This document shows positions 12,962 through 26,000 of a DNA stretch of 64,000 nucleotides, in pieces (the stretch's first letter is position 1; every line of letters begins with the position of its first letter). Source of the stretch: Psilocybe cubensis (taxonomy: Eukaryota). Where the stretch lies: positions 186,001 through 250,000 of the forward strand of contig CM039007.1 of NCBI GenBank assembly GCA_017499595.2, given 5' to 3'. Position numbers and translations under genes: made by a program. The notes beneath the pieces are model-generated. The model made no database searches and was not told the DNA's origin. It saw only the letters and a list, made by a program, of their open reading frames with translations.

Positions 12962-14451
12962 ATGCAGGTCCTCGTTCAAGTTATTGGCTTGTCATGGTTA
13001 GGTTGTCTGAGTGTCAATGCTCAAGTTAATCTATCCAATATCAATGGAGGCCAATCTGTTGTAAGTCGCCCCACTACCCATAAATCCACCTTTAACGATC
13101 CTGAATTGTCTGCAGTTTATCTCCCCACCGACATTTGCCGTGTTAGGGGCTACCGGCAATTTCCGGAATTCATCATTTACTGAGTTTTTCAACCCAACAG
13201 CAACCGAACCTCCCTTTTTCCAGATCTTTGACAACACATTTCTCGACATTCTTGGACCCAATCCTACGTTCAACATTGTCTCGACGAATGATATACTCGA
13301 ATTCTTTGCCCATGAAGCTCCTGTCTTTGTTAAAGAGACGAATGAGCTATTCTTCGTTGGCTTCGACCAGACTCAAAATGTCTTCAATAAACTCAACATG
13401 ACCGCAGTGGAACAAGCACTTGAAGGGATCAACGGCACCAACATCACCTCGATTAATGTTCCAGCAACCCAGGTAAATCCGCCTAGCGAATGTAGTAATC
13501 ACCAATTAACCCGCACTTGTACAGATCCCCCTTCCGGACACTGTTCATCAAATCAATGGCGGAACGGGTCCCGTTGGTTCTTCTCTATTATTTGTGACAA
13601 ATGGACAAGGACCCCTTCCCCCATCTGTGGTACTGGTCAATGCGAAGGAACCGTTCAACGCGACAGTACTTCTTGACAATTTCTTTGGACGACAATTCAA
13701 CTCATTGGATGACGTGAAGATACACCCAACCTCAAAGGCGATCTTCTTTACAGACGTCTCGTAAGTGATTTCAAAGAAGAAATAATATTGTATTGACTTG
13801 TGCAAAAAGATTTGGTTTCCTTCTTCAAATACGTCCGCCGCCCATGCTTCCAAATCAGGTATACAGATTCGATGTGACGACGGGCGTTGTGAGAGTTGTT
13901 GCGACCGACTTTGAAAAATGCAACGGCATTGCGTTCAGCCAGGATGGAAAAGTGGCCTATGTGTATGTCGTCTCCTCTACAACTTTTTTCCAGTGTTGAG
14001 ACCAATGTCATGGACCAGAACGGATACTGGAGCCCTCAGCTCCTTAGGTTCGCCAGACCAAACGAAAACAGCTACAATGTGAGATCCGCTACACCTTAAT
14101 TACTGACATTTTCTAAATCAAATCGCACACAGATACAAGTTCGACGTCGATCCCATATCGCAAGTATTTGTGAACAGACGTGTGTTCGCTTATGCAGACA
14201 CCGGCATTCCTGATGGGATAGAACTGGATGCAGCAGGAAATGTATATGCAGGATGCGGAGATGGAGTCAATGTTTGGTCTTCGGAGGGAGTCCTACTCGG
14301 GAAATTTTTCACCGGGGGGACGGTTGCCAACATGGCTTTCACTGGAGATGGGCGACTTGTTTTGTTGGGTGGCACAAATGTGTATCTTGTGAAGATTGCC
14401 GCAAAAGGGCAAAATCTTGCGGTTCCGTCATTTCAGGGGGTTCCAATCTAG
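12962..14451 (+). CDS. Secreted SMP-30/gluconolactonase/lactonohydrolase-like beta-propeller
   Basis: Signal peptide; HEAPVF, NGGTGP, NSLDDVKIHP, CNGIAFS, GIPDGIELD. Same intron layout as 7349-8823. Confidence 0.9.
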
Positions 14452-14513
14452 CAGTTGTTCTGTTATATACACAATCATGTCAATATATATATTAATAAAA
14501 AGGCACGGAGTTG

Positions 14514-15939
14514 TCAATCAACAATTAGAACCTCGACATGAATTTGAGGGAGTAAAGATTGACTGCCTGACAACCTGTCGAGAGGTATACCTTCCGAGAA
14601 TCCTGAGATTATTTCCTGTTCTATCCTTTGGGTAAGTGCGTCACAGCCCGACCGACCGTGAGCTTTTCGGTCCAGGTCAACCTCCCATGAAAGCTGAATG
14701 GCCATACGAAATACGGCCGTTTGTAATGAAGGATGTTGACGGCGCAGTGAATCAATTCTCAAATCATTCAGAGATTTAAACGTAACTCCAGCGAATGTGT
14801 CAGGTCCGATATATTGTCCGAAGAGCTCGTAGCTGAGTTCGATCTCCTCCAGTTTGGACTGACCGGGGGTACTAAGCAAGATGTCGACAAAGTTGGCGAA
14901 GTCCACTGCGATGCTGTCAATGGTTGGTTGCACCGTTGAATTTGCCCATTGTTTAATGGTAATCATTTTAAACGACGGAAACCAACTTGCACTGCAAAGC
15001 CTCGGCCATTCGTTCGCGGAAAGCCTATTCGAAGACAAGATTAATGAGCGTAGAACTGACATGAGCTTAACGAAAATTTTACCAGCGTTTTTGGTTTGAA
15101 TGGGAAGAAATGTGTATGTGAGTGACAAACGTGGTGACTCGAGGTATACCCACCGAGTTTCCCAGATGTAGACCTATTGCTACATAGTTTGTATCTCTAT
15201 TCATAGCATAGCATAGTCTTGTAGGATATAAATCGAGCTTGCTGAGGCTGGCCAAAAATTGTAACTGTCCCCGTGATGTGCTGATATGGAATTTAGTTTG
15301 CGAACTGGGGGCGACATTCCCGAAGGTAGACCGCATCAGCTCAAGGTTTCTGAACCGAGATCGAGTGACGGCAAACAAAGGTGGCAAGTCAGTTATGAAG
15401 CGAATATGTAGACGAGTCAAAGATTCTAATTGGGAAATACGTTCTAAGCCACTTGCCACTAGACGAGGAATGTCGTTCCATGAAAGTCGGGAATTGGTGT
15501 CGTAACTGACCCCAACATATAGACATTGTATGTTAGCCCCTCGAGATATGAGGGCCTCGAAGACGGAATGAAGATTAGACGATTCCTGTAAAAGGAATCT
15601 GTCCTTGTCGATAGTAATGCGAACAGTGCGGATGAGCAAAGGCAAATCGGTGTTCTCCGCATTTAATAAATCGGTAAGAGCAGAGAATCTCCGGGACAGC
15701 TCCGCCTCCTTGCGGTTTGTAGTCCATCGACCTTGTAGATGAAGCCTACGTCCTTTGCGCTCAATATTCAAAGTATGGAAAATTTGTCTGCGAGCTGCGA
15801 ATGCGAAGAGGCGGGACGTTAATGTACAGGAAAAGAGAGTGCTGAGGGTACTCCTGCTCATGGACCGGATGTCGTCGCTTTCCTCCACTATGTGCCCCAA
15901 AACTTCCTCCAATATCTCCAGAGGAAGATCCATATTCAT
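14514..15939 (-). CDS. F-box-like protein, 2 exons
   Basis: DLPLEILEEVLGHI...LFSCTLTSRLFAFAARRQIF. An intron near 15025-15082 joins the two ORFs. Paralogue of 28373-29761. Confidence 0.75.
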
Positions 15940-16359
15940 GCTCGACGTTGATTTGTTGTAATTGACAGTCTGCAAGAGACTTGCAGTTAAAGGGATTCAA
16001 GTAATAAGCAAGTCACCACAGATCATTCCGCAAAGGAATTCGAGCTTTGACGCGGACGCTCACTGGGTCGTTTGTTGAACAAGGGCGAAAGATTTAAGGA
16101 AGGGCAAGAGTAGTTGCAAATTGATTTGATTCGAAAACGTCGGAGCTCTAATCAGTTAAAGTTCCGGCTGATAAGATAAGATTATAATCACGTTTCGTTG
16201 ACATGACCGCATCAGCTTCCGGCGCCAGCATCTCGACACTGTCCGTGCAAACCGTTTAATCTCCCACCTCTATCAAGTTTAGCAAGGCAGGTAACCATCT
16301 CTAACCAAAACCATCATTCAAATATCCACGTCTTTTTGCGCTCAGAAACACATATACCA

Positions 16360-16797
16360 ATGTTCTTCGTCCCTCGTAGGCGCTTAACCATCCTCACCAA
16401 TGGGCGCATGGTCCTGAACGGACCCTTCAAGCGTCAGGTAGCCCCAAGCGCCTCGATACACATTTCCCAAGCCAGGAGAAGCGACAAACATACCTCGGAT
16501 AGCTACGCGAAAGACGTGGATGATACGCCTCCTGCAGACAATAGCGTACATCGCATGGATCCAGATTCGGATCGCTTCCAGAAGCCCCACGAGCCACCGT
16601 CTGGGCCATGGAGTCGCGCTGGGGTTCAGACAGAGGAATACAGGCATGTAGAAGGGGAGAAGCAACCATATGCAGCCAAGGGAACCAACCAGGGGCGGTA
16701 CGGCTCTCGCATGAACTGGACAGAAGACAAAGGACCTGAAACTAGCGGAGGAGATGAAGGCCCTGATGCCAAATCTAGTGGAGGGAGAAAGGCGTGA
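16360..16797 (+). CDS. Hypothetical hydrophilic protein with possible mitochondrial presequence
   Basis: Single ORF with an Arg-rich, acid-free N-terminus (MFFVPRRRLTIL...SIHISQARR) followed by a hydrophilic body. Confidence 0.6.
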   Translation: MFFVPRRRLTILTNGRMVLNGPFKRQVAPSASIHISQARRSDKHTSDSYAKDVDDTPPADNSVHRMDPDSDRFQKPHEPPSGPWSRAGVQTEEYRHVEGEKQPYAAKGTNQGRYGSRMNWTEDKGPETSGGDEGPDAKSSGGRKA

Positions 16798-17084
16798 ATA
16801 ACAGATTTTCAAGGTATATCCAATTGAAGGTGAGCGAAAAGACAATCCAGAATGTTTTAAGCTGATTTTGTGTATCTGTGTTCGAAGATTAACGACAGAG
16901 ATGCACAATCTGTCACTTCATTTCATTTTAATCCAAAACATGCAGATGCATTTTGTCAATAGCTACATGGCTTATATCAATACCTTACATCCTCGACATA
17001 TCGTTGCCGAGAAACTCGTACAACGCAAAGTTGAAAGAACGTCAATGCAAAGCAATAATAAACCAGGTGATGGAACGTAGTATG

Positions 17085-19253
17085 TATGGAAAGCAAGAGC
17101 GTCACGCTCCCAAGACTGACACCAAACAGCGGCAGGATCACGCGCGGATCACACGCGGCATGTTCAACCCTCCACACAAAACATCGGACCTGGCGGCGGT
17201 TGTGAGGTTTCGTTCATACTTGCATCTTGTTCGAGTAACGTCCCACAGAAAGGCACTTACTAAGTTAATCTGTGGGGAGCATCCACTAGCAGTGGAAGTC
17301 CTTCGCCACAGTGACAAGAACAGACCAATGATCCCAAGGGAAAGGCGTCTATGTCGGTTCTGCAAAGAGAAAGTCGAAGACGAACCTCACGCTCTTATGG
17401 AATGCGAAAAATGTCCACTCGCAATAAGGCTACGAAGAATAATCCTCATTCAATAGATTGAGGAGTTGATACCACACGAATCATGGACAGTGGGTACCGA
17501 CGACGACAGATACGATCTGGTCCGGCGCCTGTTGAAATACGATGAGATAATACCTAAAGTAGCATGTTTCGTGTTTCATGTGCTTCAGGCGTTCGAGGAG
17601 GTTCCTTTATATGTTCCTGTGTAGGGTTTATGTTACTGTACTTAATTCGTATAAGCCGTATTGAAATATTAATACGCACCTATAATCTCACAAGGGACAC
17701 AAACCCTGAGGCGTGGACGATGGAGCGGCGAACAAGTAATTATACACAGAATTGGCTAGTCTGTACCCGTAATTTCTAGTCACATGGGTGCTAATCAGCG
17801 AGCCGGGTGCCTGTAAAACGGCAGGTCAACCGTTGCACAACTGCGTGCCCTATGATGACTTGTGTAGGACAGGGTGAGGGTCGGGTCCTTACTGCTGCTA
17901 CACACCGGGTGGCTCTGTTGAGGGCTATCTTGGTAATCTCGTAAACAAACAAACAAACAAACAAAACACATGGTGTTGGTCTTGGGCATGGTTTATGACA
18001 AGAATTGCATCCTTTTTGTCATTTATTTTTGACCGCATACTGCACATTCCGCATAATGAGATACGGAGCCCGAATGGATTAATGCATCCGCTCGTCCGCC
18101 TCTTTCACACTTCACAAAAATAAGGCTCAAGATTTAAGTGCAGACGCACTCTTCTTTACATCTAGTGTATGGTTTTTTTGGTCTATTTTTCATGAATTTA
18201 CCAATAATTAACTTGCCGGATATATAGGATGTTATTTCACTTGTTTTCCAGACTCTTGGGGAAGAAATAGCTGCTTCGTCTAACGATAATGCTGGTTCTA
18301 AGCTGGTAATCCTGTTTATTCAATCTTGCTAATGATTATTCTAACCGGCAAATATATGGATCGAATATCATGCTCATTGGGATAATCTTCCAGCTGGGTA
18401 AGTAGTCGATGGCTATTCTAGTCATAAAGCTCATGTCCTATGTTCTTGCATTCAGCACTGTTCTGTTTCTCATATGGTAAGGCCAATTTCAGCCAAGATT
18501 ACGGACTCTTTTCTAAGTTTATACATAACCCAGCTCAATCTATCGTATCGCAGAGTTGGCAGATGGATGGGATGGAAGGATCATTCAAACTCAAGGTTAT
18601 TTCAGTATTTTTACTCCAATCTTTCCTCGTACAAATTATTAAATACTTGTACACATGCACAGATGTCCTAGAATAGGTCCCGTTGTCGCTGCGTGAAATA
18701 CTAGTCCGGCAGAACGCTTAAACCCAGTTTGACTAGACACGCGACTACAATCAGCCTGTGCAAAATATCCACAATGAGTTAAAATTATGTTGAGTTGATA
18801 ATACAGAAAGACACACCAAATAACAATCCATATTATCCGCTCCATTGTGAAAATCTTTAGATGGTTGTGAGTAGCGTCCAGCTAAAACAGTTAATGGGAA
18901 TTGGTCATCTTTACTTTCGATGAAAAGTAAACTAACAAAGTCACTCGCCACCCCCAGCTTTTCATTCAACACTTGTTCAATACTTGTACTCTCGGACCAA
19001 TCTCCATGTACTGACGCACACCATCATATACATCTTTCAAGTTGGCCTCACTCTAAATAAGTTCCGGAACGTCAACCACAATTGACACTAGGTTGATTTC
19101 CTTCCCAAGCTTGAACAGTAAAAGGATACAATTGTTGTCAAAAAATATGCCCAAGACCAACACCATGTTGTTGAACATGCCGCGTGTGATCCGCGCGTGA
19201 TCCGGCCGCTGTTTGGCGTCGGTCTTGGGAGCGTAACGCTCTTGCTTTCCATA
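17085..19253. mobile_element. Non-autonomous TIR DNA element, TIRs about 135 bp, TA at both ends; left TIR interrupted by a LINE
   Basis: 17085-17168 plus 17968-18016 together are the reverse complement of 19120-19253 (TATGGAAAGCAAGAGCG...GGCATGTTCAAC / ACATGGTGTTGGTCTTGGGCAT). Confidence 0.85.
17169..17967 (+). mobile_element. 5'-truncated LINE: ORF2 C-terminal zinc finger, 3' UTR and (AAAC)n tail
   Basis: HRKALTKLICGEHPLAVE...RLCRFCKEKVEDEPHALMEC (CCHC). The frame continues past a premature TAG at 17454 to ...FHVLQAFEEVPLYVPV-stop (about 17624). Microsatellite tail. Confidence 0.85.
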
Positions 19254-19439
19254 AGTATGCCGCGCATTTGAATTCCGACGCTTTCCGCCTGATTGAATTT
19301 TGATACTTCTCTCGAGCAACGACCATTAGTACAAGTTTCCACTAACTGGTACAGTTTGTAAAGTACTGAAGTCTCATCGATTTGGACAGGCCTCTTGCAT
19401 AGCAAGGAATATAATCCCCAGATTGATCCTGGATCACAT

Positions 19440-19760
19440 AACGAGGGTTGTAGCCGACTACATGATCTCGTACAGGCATGGCTCGAAGCAAACGCCTAAT
19501 GATTAAAATCACATAGAACGGCAATTGTCATGGCCTGTGTTATATGAACAACAGCAAGCAGATTCATCTTGCGTCTTGCGTGTAGCCCTGAAAGATGACG
19601 GTAGACTGGAATGACCATCGTGACTATTTTTACAGAAAATACATAAGCGACGCCGTAAAGGTACGTTAACGCAGATTGCTGTCGTCTTGAGTACGTGGAT
19701 AGAAGTAGCATAGTCACTGTAAACCCAAAGCATAACATCTTGCTTTGAGTTTACCTTTAC
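19440..19760 (-). mobile_element. Degenerate LINE ORF2 C-terminal fragment
   Basis: SIHVL...VPLRRRLCIFCKNSHDGH resembles AVEVL...IPRERRLCRFCKEKVEDEPH of the neighbouring LINE; frameshifted. Confidence 0.45.
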
Positions 19761-19917
19761 TCTTCAAAGGCAAGGTCTCAGGAAAGTTGGAGCAGCCTTT
19801 CACAGATTCTACATCGGCCTGTATCCGTAAATAAACTTGAGTAGGCTGTAGCTACTAGCCGCACCTTTGACTACGATGCAATCACATGAATCCCATATTC
19901 TCAAGGTACAGTGGTAA

Positions 19918-20685
19918 TCATTTTGACTCCGTGAGAGTCATCAGAGCCTGAAAGTTCACATTATTCGCATTGTCTGCTTCCTCATGTGAGAGATTTACTA
20001 TGCCGTCTCGGAAAATGGCTAAATGGCTATCAGCTGGACTACAGACTGGGTGAAGTCTAGATAGGAGTGAGGTCTGCATAGAATAATGCGTCAGGAATAA
20101 TTGGAACAGCAGGTTGATTCGAATCAATAGATTGTCTGCTGGTGAGCTCGAAACCGCGGAAAGGGTATGTTTTGAGGTATATTTAATTCAAAGAGGAACT
20201 TTGGCTTGTTGCAATAGAATACATTCACGTAGCTGGTGCTCAATGAACCTTGAAGAGCTTCGCTAACTCATGCCAGAGAGAGAAACAGCGTTGGAAGACA
20301 GTCAGGTCGGTACGTGGACTGATACCGAGCACGGTTTATGAATCGATTGTCACCTTAGTCAAGCCTGCTGCTCATAAAAGTAAATGTGACGTATTACATG
20401 TGCTCTAACTGAAAGTTGCACAGTAATTTCATGAACATCCCGACGCGTAAACACCGTAGCATTGTTTCCTTACAGTACATGCTCTGACGTGTTGAAAGGC
20501 AGGCGGACATGGTGCATGGAAGTCGAAGCCACTGCTCGGAGAGAGAGCAAATGAGAGCAAGGATCAAAGTCGTCAGTGAAGCTGGAACTATGGTCATCAA
20601 CGCCATGTGCGACCTGCTCGCGCGCTATTAAATGCGCTCTGGCGATTTGAGAACAAGGGCAGTTCATGTAAGGTCTTATTGTCAT
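19918..20685 (-). pseudogene. Possible decayed gene remnant (F-box-like?)
   Basis: Broken ORFs with LLSLRAVASTS... resembling the F-box-proximal segment of nearby genes; many stops. Weak evidence. Confidence 0.25.
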
Positions 20686-22322
20686 TTTATATGGTAAGGT
20701 CTGCTAGAATTCTGTGATAGATGTCTATCCTATACAATTATCAGAAATTTAGACCACCAATCGAAATTGGAGAGTAGAACTACTAGTGCGCCGCTCAAAG
20801 TACGGTCATTCCGAGGTTTCCCATGGAATCCGCTGTTCAGAATGCAGTACGCCCAGTTCTAGACCATCAAGGTTTTTCTGCGTTCGACATGCACCCCTGG
20901 TAGGACTGCGACAAGATTGTCGAGGTTCTGTCCATATGTCGACGGAGTTATAGGTGATATTTCCTCTCCGGTTTCGCTGGGCAGCTGGGCATCACTGGGC
21001 AGCGCCGCTTGGCAAGGTCGCATCACTGCGGCACGAGCCATCATCAGGAAATTACAGCTCGAAAGGGCTCATGGCGCTATAGGGATCTTCAGCTTCAGTC
21101 AAACACCTCCCGCTCGTTTGGTTAAGCAACGATAATTTATGTACATAAAGCGGAAGGAACCAACCTGAACCCAAAGTCCTTTGCATCCCAGATATTGTAC
21201 TATGCACCACTATTAATAAACCAGAATCCAGACTAACATTAAAAAAAGCCGAAGTCGGATGCAAGACTACGCCGCTGCCGTTTACTGCCTTTCAAAATCT
21301 GAGTTACAACTTACAAAGGACTTCGGCTGTAGAAAATGGCCTCAACGCGAAAGCTGATTGCCGTCCTCAGCGCCTCATTCTTGACTCGTGCTTCAACAGG
21401 ATGGAAAAGCAAGAAACACTCGACCAAAAGACATTCGGTGGACGGACCATACCGAACAGAGACCGCGAAATCCCAAGGAATCAATAATAGCCAGAAGAAA
21501 GATGGACAGGCTGAATGAATGGCGGAAGCTACCTTGGGAGTTCTTGTTGGCAGGCACTAGGGCCAAAATAAGGTACCGCACCGGTAAATTGGGAGATGAT
21601 ATGTCTGCATCATTCAACATTGACTTATCTTGTACGTTACGGATTTACAGAATGGGGAGAAAGCGAGATGTATTCAAACATCTATAAACTCAAGCCGATA
21701 GTCTTGAACAGGTCGAGAACATTGATTGCAGAAGAATAGAAGGTTTAGCAATACTTGCGTCGAACCGCATTCGCTATCTAGACTGCAACTCGTAATCGGA
21801 AGCCGAGCTACAATAGAAGAAAGCGAGCGAAGTACGCCAGTCGTACAGACCAACGAAACCTTACGCTACGTAGGATTTCGACACTTCGGGACCTTATTCG
21901 ACAGTCTGGACGTGGGCATGAACATTGATGCATTGATGCGCTGATGGTGGTTACACGCTTCAATGCGTAGATGGGCGCGAAAGCGGTGAACTACTGTATA
22001 GGAATGTAAATCCACTTGTATTCTTTGCAATTGATTGTTAAATTGCCGTCGATGTTCTGACGTGTGTCATGTCGCGTATCAACGGGTCGGGCGTCGGTCG
22101 GGCGGAACGGCAGGGGATCTACAGTATGGGAGGTGGAGGTGGAAGCACTGGTGGAGGGCCGGGCCCCAAACTCCAGTATCAAGGTCCTGGCTCCACGGCA
22201 CGGCCGCATATTCTGCACAGCACTTCTTTTCCTTTGGATGAAAGGGGACATGTGAACCTGCAGGGATTAGCTTCGTGGATATCCGATCCACCGAATAGGA
22301 GATGTTCGATCAGTCGTAGTTA

Positions 22323-22873
22323 AGATTGGGCTCATCAGGAACCAGCACCCCCTTAGGTAAGCAAAAGTTGGCTTACCTCCGAACCTTTTCAACCCTTCTG
22401 CACTCACACTATTCTACATTTTTGAACCACAGATATGTAGGTTATGCTTCTTTGAACACATCTGTGGTTTTTTTTTTCAAAAAAATTTTGATCTCAAGAA
22501 GTTATAAAGATTTTAATTTTTTTCCTTTTTTTTTAGTCTAACACGTCAGAAATGGTGTTTTCTCGAGTTTGGGAGATTTTCGAAAATTTGACAATGTTCT
22601 TTAAGTCACGCCTAAGTAATACCTCTCAGACTCATTATGGACTTCCAGAGACTACAATTTGACCTCTGAGGTGTAATTCTATTATTGTGGGCATAAAGGC
22701 TAGTAGTAAGGATTGTATATGCACATTTATGAATTTTTTTTTTTTAAACTTTTTGTCTGAAACCATTTTCCGTCAACATAACTTTTGATTTTTTTTTCGA
22801 GCTGGATTTTGGCCGCTCTTGGCGCCAAGCCCATTGATTACGTAAGGGTGCTGGTTTCTGATGAGCCCAATCT
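22323..22873. mobile_element. MITE, about 550 bp, TIRs about 40 bp, TA target duplication
   Basis: TA|AGATTGGGCTCATCAGGAACCAGCACCC... and ...GGGTGCTGGTTTCTGATGAGCCCAATCT|TA. AT-rich non-coding interior. Confidence 0.85.
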
Positions 22874-23069
22874 TATGTATCACGGTGCTTCACTCTTTCT
22901 TGATTCCGATGCAGCCATAATGGAAGAAATCAGACCCTGGTTTGCTTGTCGGGAGTGGATATTTAATTATAGGAGGGAGAAACCCTTGATATAGCTCACC
23001 CCCGCACCACCCCAAGCACCCTCTTTCTATCTTTACCATCCCTTGCTTCCCTCTTTCACATCGTTCAGT

Positions 23070-26000
23070 ATGGCCAGTATCAATGCCGCAGACGCGCTCT
23101 CCTACAGTGTAGATGCTATTCATTACTCCAGGCGTCCCCCACCCACTGCTCCGACTGGGTACTACGACTGGGAGGTATCAACCGACCCAACTGAGGCGAA
23201 GCAGGGTCACTCTTTGGTGTCCAACCTCATTACGAGGGTTGAGAATTTCAAGGCCAAGGGCCCAGTCAAGCCTGATCCCAAAGCCATTGTATGTATTCCC
23301 CAGTCATAGCCAACGTCCCGAAAATAGCGGATGAAAGGTTGTATTGTACTCACCGAGCTCTAGGATGCTTTCTTGGACACCGTTGTAAACCCGCAAGGCA
23401 TTGATGATCGCAAGGGTGCTGTAAGCTTCTCATTTTCATCCGCTTTAGCGTACGAAGACCACTTAGCTGCGTAATGCCAGTTTGCGGATGGTCTTGGTCT
23501 GCTCGCCAGACTTGATCCCACCACAGACCTTTCCAAGAAGCTCAACAACTCCGTCATTGATACGCTTTACAACACCGTTCCACACCCGGTTGCGTCGTAT
23601 CTGGGCCCATCGTTTTCCTACCGTCACGCTGATGGTGGCGCGAACAACATCCAGACGCCTGATATTGGGCGTGCCGGTACCCCTTACGCGCGCAGTGTTC
23701 AAGGCAAGGCCGGCTTGCCGAGGTCTTCGCTCCCTGATGCTGGTTTGGTCTTTGATACAATTTTAAAGAGGAAAGGAGTACGTGAATCATTGCGTTTAGG
23801 TTGCAAGACACCCCTGAATACGACTGACGCGTCTATGTTTGATTTGTCACGTGCAGCAAGTCAACCATGCCGGAGGAATGTCGAGTCTGATCTTTGCTTT
23901 CGCATCCATCGTCACCCACTCCCTTTTCCGTACCGATACTCAGAATATCTACATCAACAACACGAGCTCTTACCTGGATCTGAGTCCCGTTTATGGCTGC
24001 AGTAAGAACTATTTTTACTTAACTTGTTAAGACAATTGCATTCTCACTGTTTTTCTGCCAGACCAAGCAGAGCAAGATGCAGTCCGCAATAAGTCCCTAG
24101 GACGTGGATTGTTGTATCCTGACACTTTCTCAGAGGCTCGCCTTAGCTTCTTGCCCCCTGCTACCAGTGTTTTGTTGATTCTTTTTGCCCGTAACCACAA
24201 CGTGAGTTAGTTTGCATCTTCCCGATTGTCCAAAAAATCTGACAATTTCTTTTGCAGTACATTGCCGAAAAGATTCTCAAAATCAATGAGCGCAAGAGGT
24301 GGTCTGATCCACCCCCGGCTGACCCCGCTCAGGCTGCTATCCAGGACGAGGAGATTTTCCAGACCGCCAGACTTGTCAAGTACGTCTCTATTTTATTCCC
24401 CTCTGACAAACTTTCTTATCTGTTTATATCCTTTTAGCTGTGGATATTTCATGAGCGCCATTATGGGTGACTACGTTGCGGGATTCTTGGGATCGTCGGA
24501 AGGTTGCAACTGGAACATGAACGCCTTCGATGTCAGAATTTTTTCCCAACTTTTGTGGGCACGACTAATATGAATTTGTCGGCAGATTATTAACACTAAA
24601 GACCTCAAAGTCTCTCGTGGACAAGGGAACCACGTCAGTGTTGAGTTCAACATCCTCTACCGAGTAAGTCCCGTCTCTTTCATACCCGGGGACACAAATT
24701 CATATCTGTTCAGTGGCACGCAACTGTATCCGCACGCGACGAGAAATGGACAGAAGATGTCTTCCGTCAAGTATTTGGCGACAAGCCTTTCGACAAGGTA
24801 TTCTATCCATTATGATCTCTGAGACGCTGTAGCTTACGCCTACCCAGCTCACCCTCGCGGATCTGAAGACTGTCGCCCAAACCTTCGCCGCTGTTGACCC
24901 CAACCCAGCTACTCGCACATTTGCCAACCTCAAGCGTGGCCCTGACGGCAAATACTCAGACGACGACCTCGCGAGCATTCTCCACACCGCAATTGAGAAC
25001 CCCGCCTCTGCTTTCCGCGGTCGTGGTACTCCACCCGTCCTCCGTCTTGTCGAAATGATGGGTATTGAGCAGGCCAGAGAGTGGGGTCTGTGCACCATGA
25101 ACGAGTTCAGAAAGTTCTTGGGTCTCAAACGTGCGTCATTGTTCTTTAAAATGTTCATTTCTGTGCTCAATTTGTTCATTAGAATTCGAGTCCTTCGAGG
25201 AGTGGAACCCCGATCCGGAGATCTCTAGCGCTGCTCGCAGATTGTACGGCCACATCGACAACTTGGAGCTCTACGTACGTGTATTTGCCCCCCCCCCCCC
25301 CTTTGTTGCACATTGAAATTGAACATGCTCTGCAGACTGGTCTCCAAGCTGAATCCACCATGCCTCTCACCGATGGTTCCCGCTTTGCCTGCGGCTACAC
25401 CATCACACGTGCTGTGCTCGGTGATGCCATCGCCCTCGTTCGTGGTGACAGATTCTACACCAGCGACTTCACTCGTACGTGGTTTGTTAATTTGCGGTAA
25501 TGTCAACCTAATGATGTCCTTAGCCATTAACCTGACGACTTGGGGATTCTACGACTGCCAACGCGACATGAATAACGGTGCTATGGGTGGTATCAGTGAG
25601 CACAATTACCTATGCACATGCTTCACGTTCTCACCTAACCTTTCATTTCCCAGTTTGCAAGCTGTTGTTGAGACATCTTCCTCGCCACTTCCCATGGGTA
25701 AATATTTCTTTTACATTCCTAATTCATATCTCTAAACGATAATTCCTTAGAACTCTGTCTACTCTCTATTCTCTTTCTTCACCCCCGACCACATGAAAGC
25801 TTCCCTTACTCGTCAACGTCTTCAGGACAAGTACTCCTTTGACCACCCAGCCATTCTTCCTGTTCCCAAGGTTCTCAACACGCTCACCGGTATCAGGACA
25901 GTCTTCAGCGACCCTACCCGATTCAAGAACATCTACGAGAAGTTCGGCTACGGCAGCATCCTCATGTTCGACGATCAAGCTCAGTACGTTTATCCTCATC

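Noticed and set aside
16953-17456. 167-aa ORF as a host gene
   Set aside because: Chimera of flank, TIR and LINE ORF2 fragment.
18017-19119. Transposase inside the TA-flanked TIR element
   Set aside because: Only short broken ORFs, with no DDE or HTH motif recognisable.
20859-22323. Short ORFs, possible kinase or other gene relic
   Set aside because: No recognisable motif set or consistent splicing; cannot be supported.
22855-22900. Hammerhead ribozyme core (CTGATGAG) in the MITE TIR
   Set aside because: No stem II followed by GAAA at either TIR.
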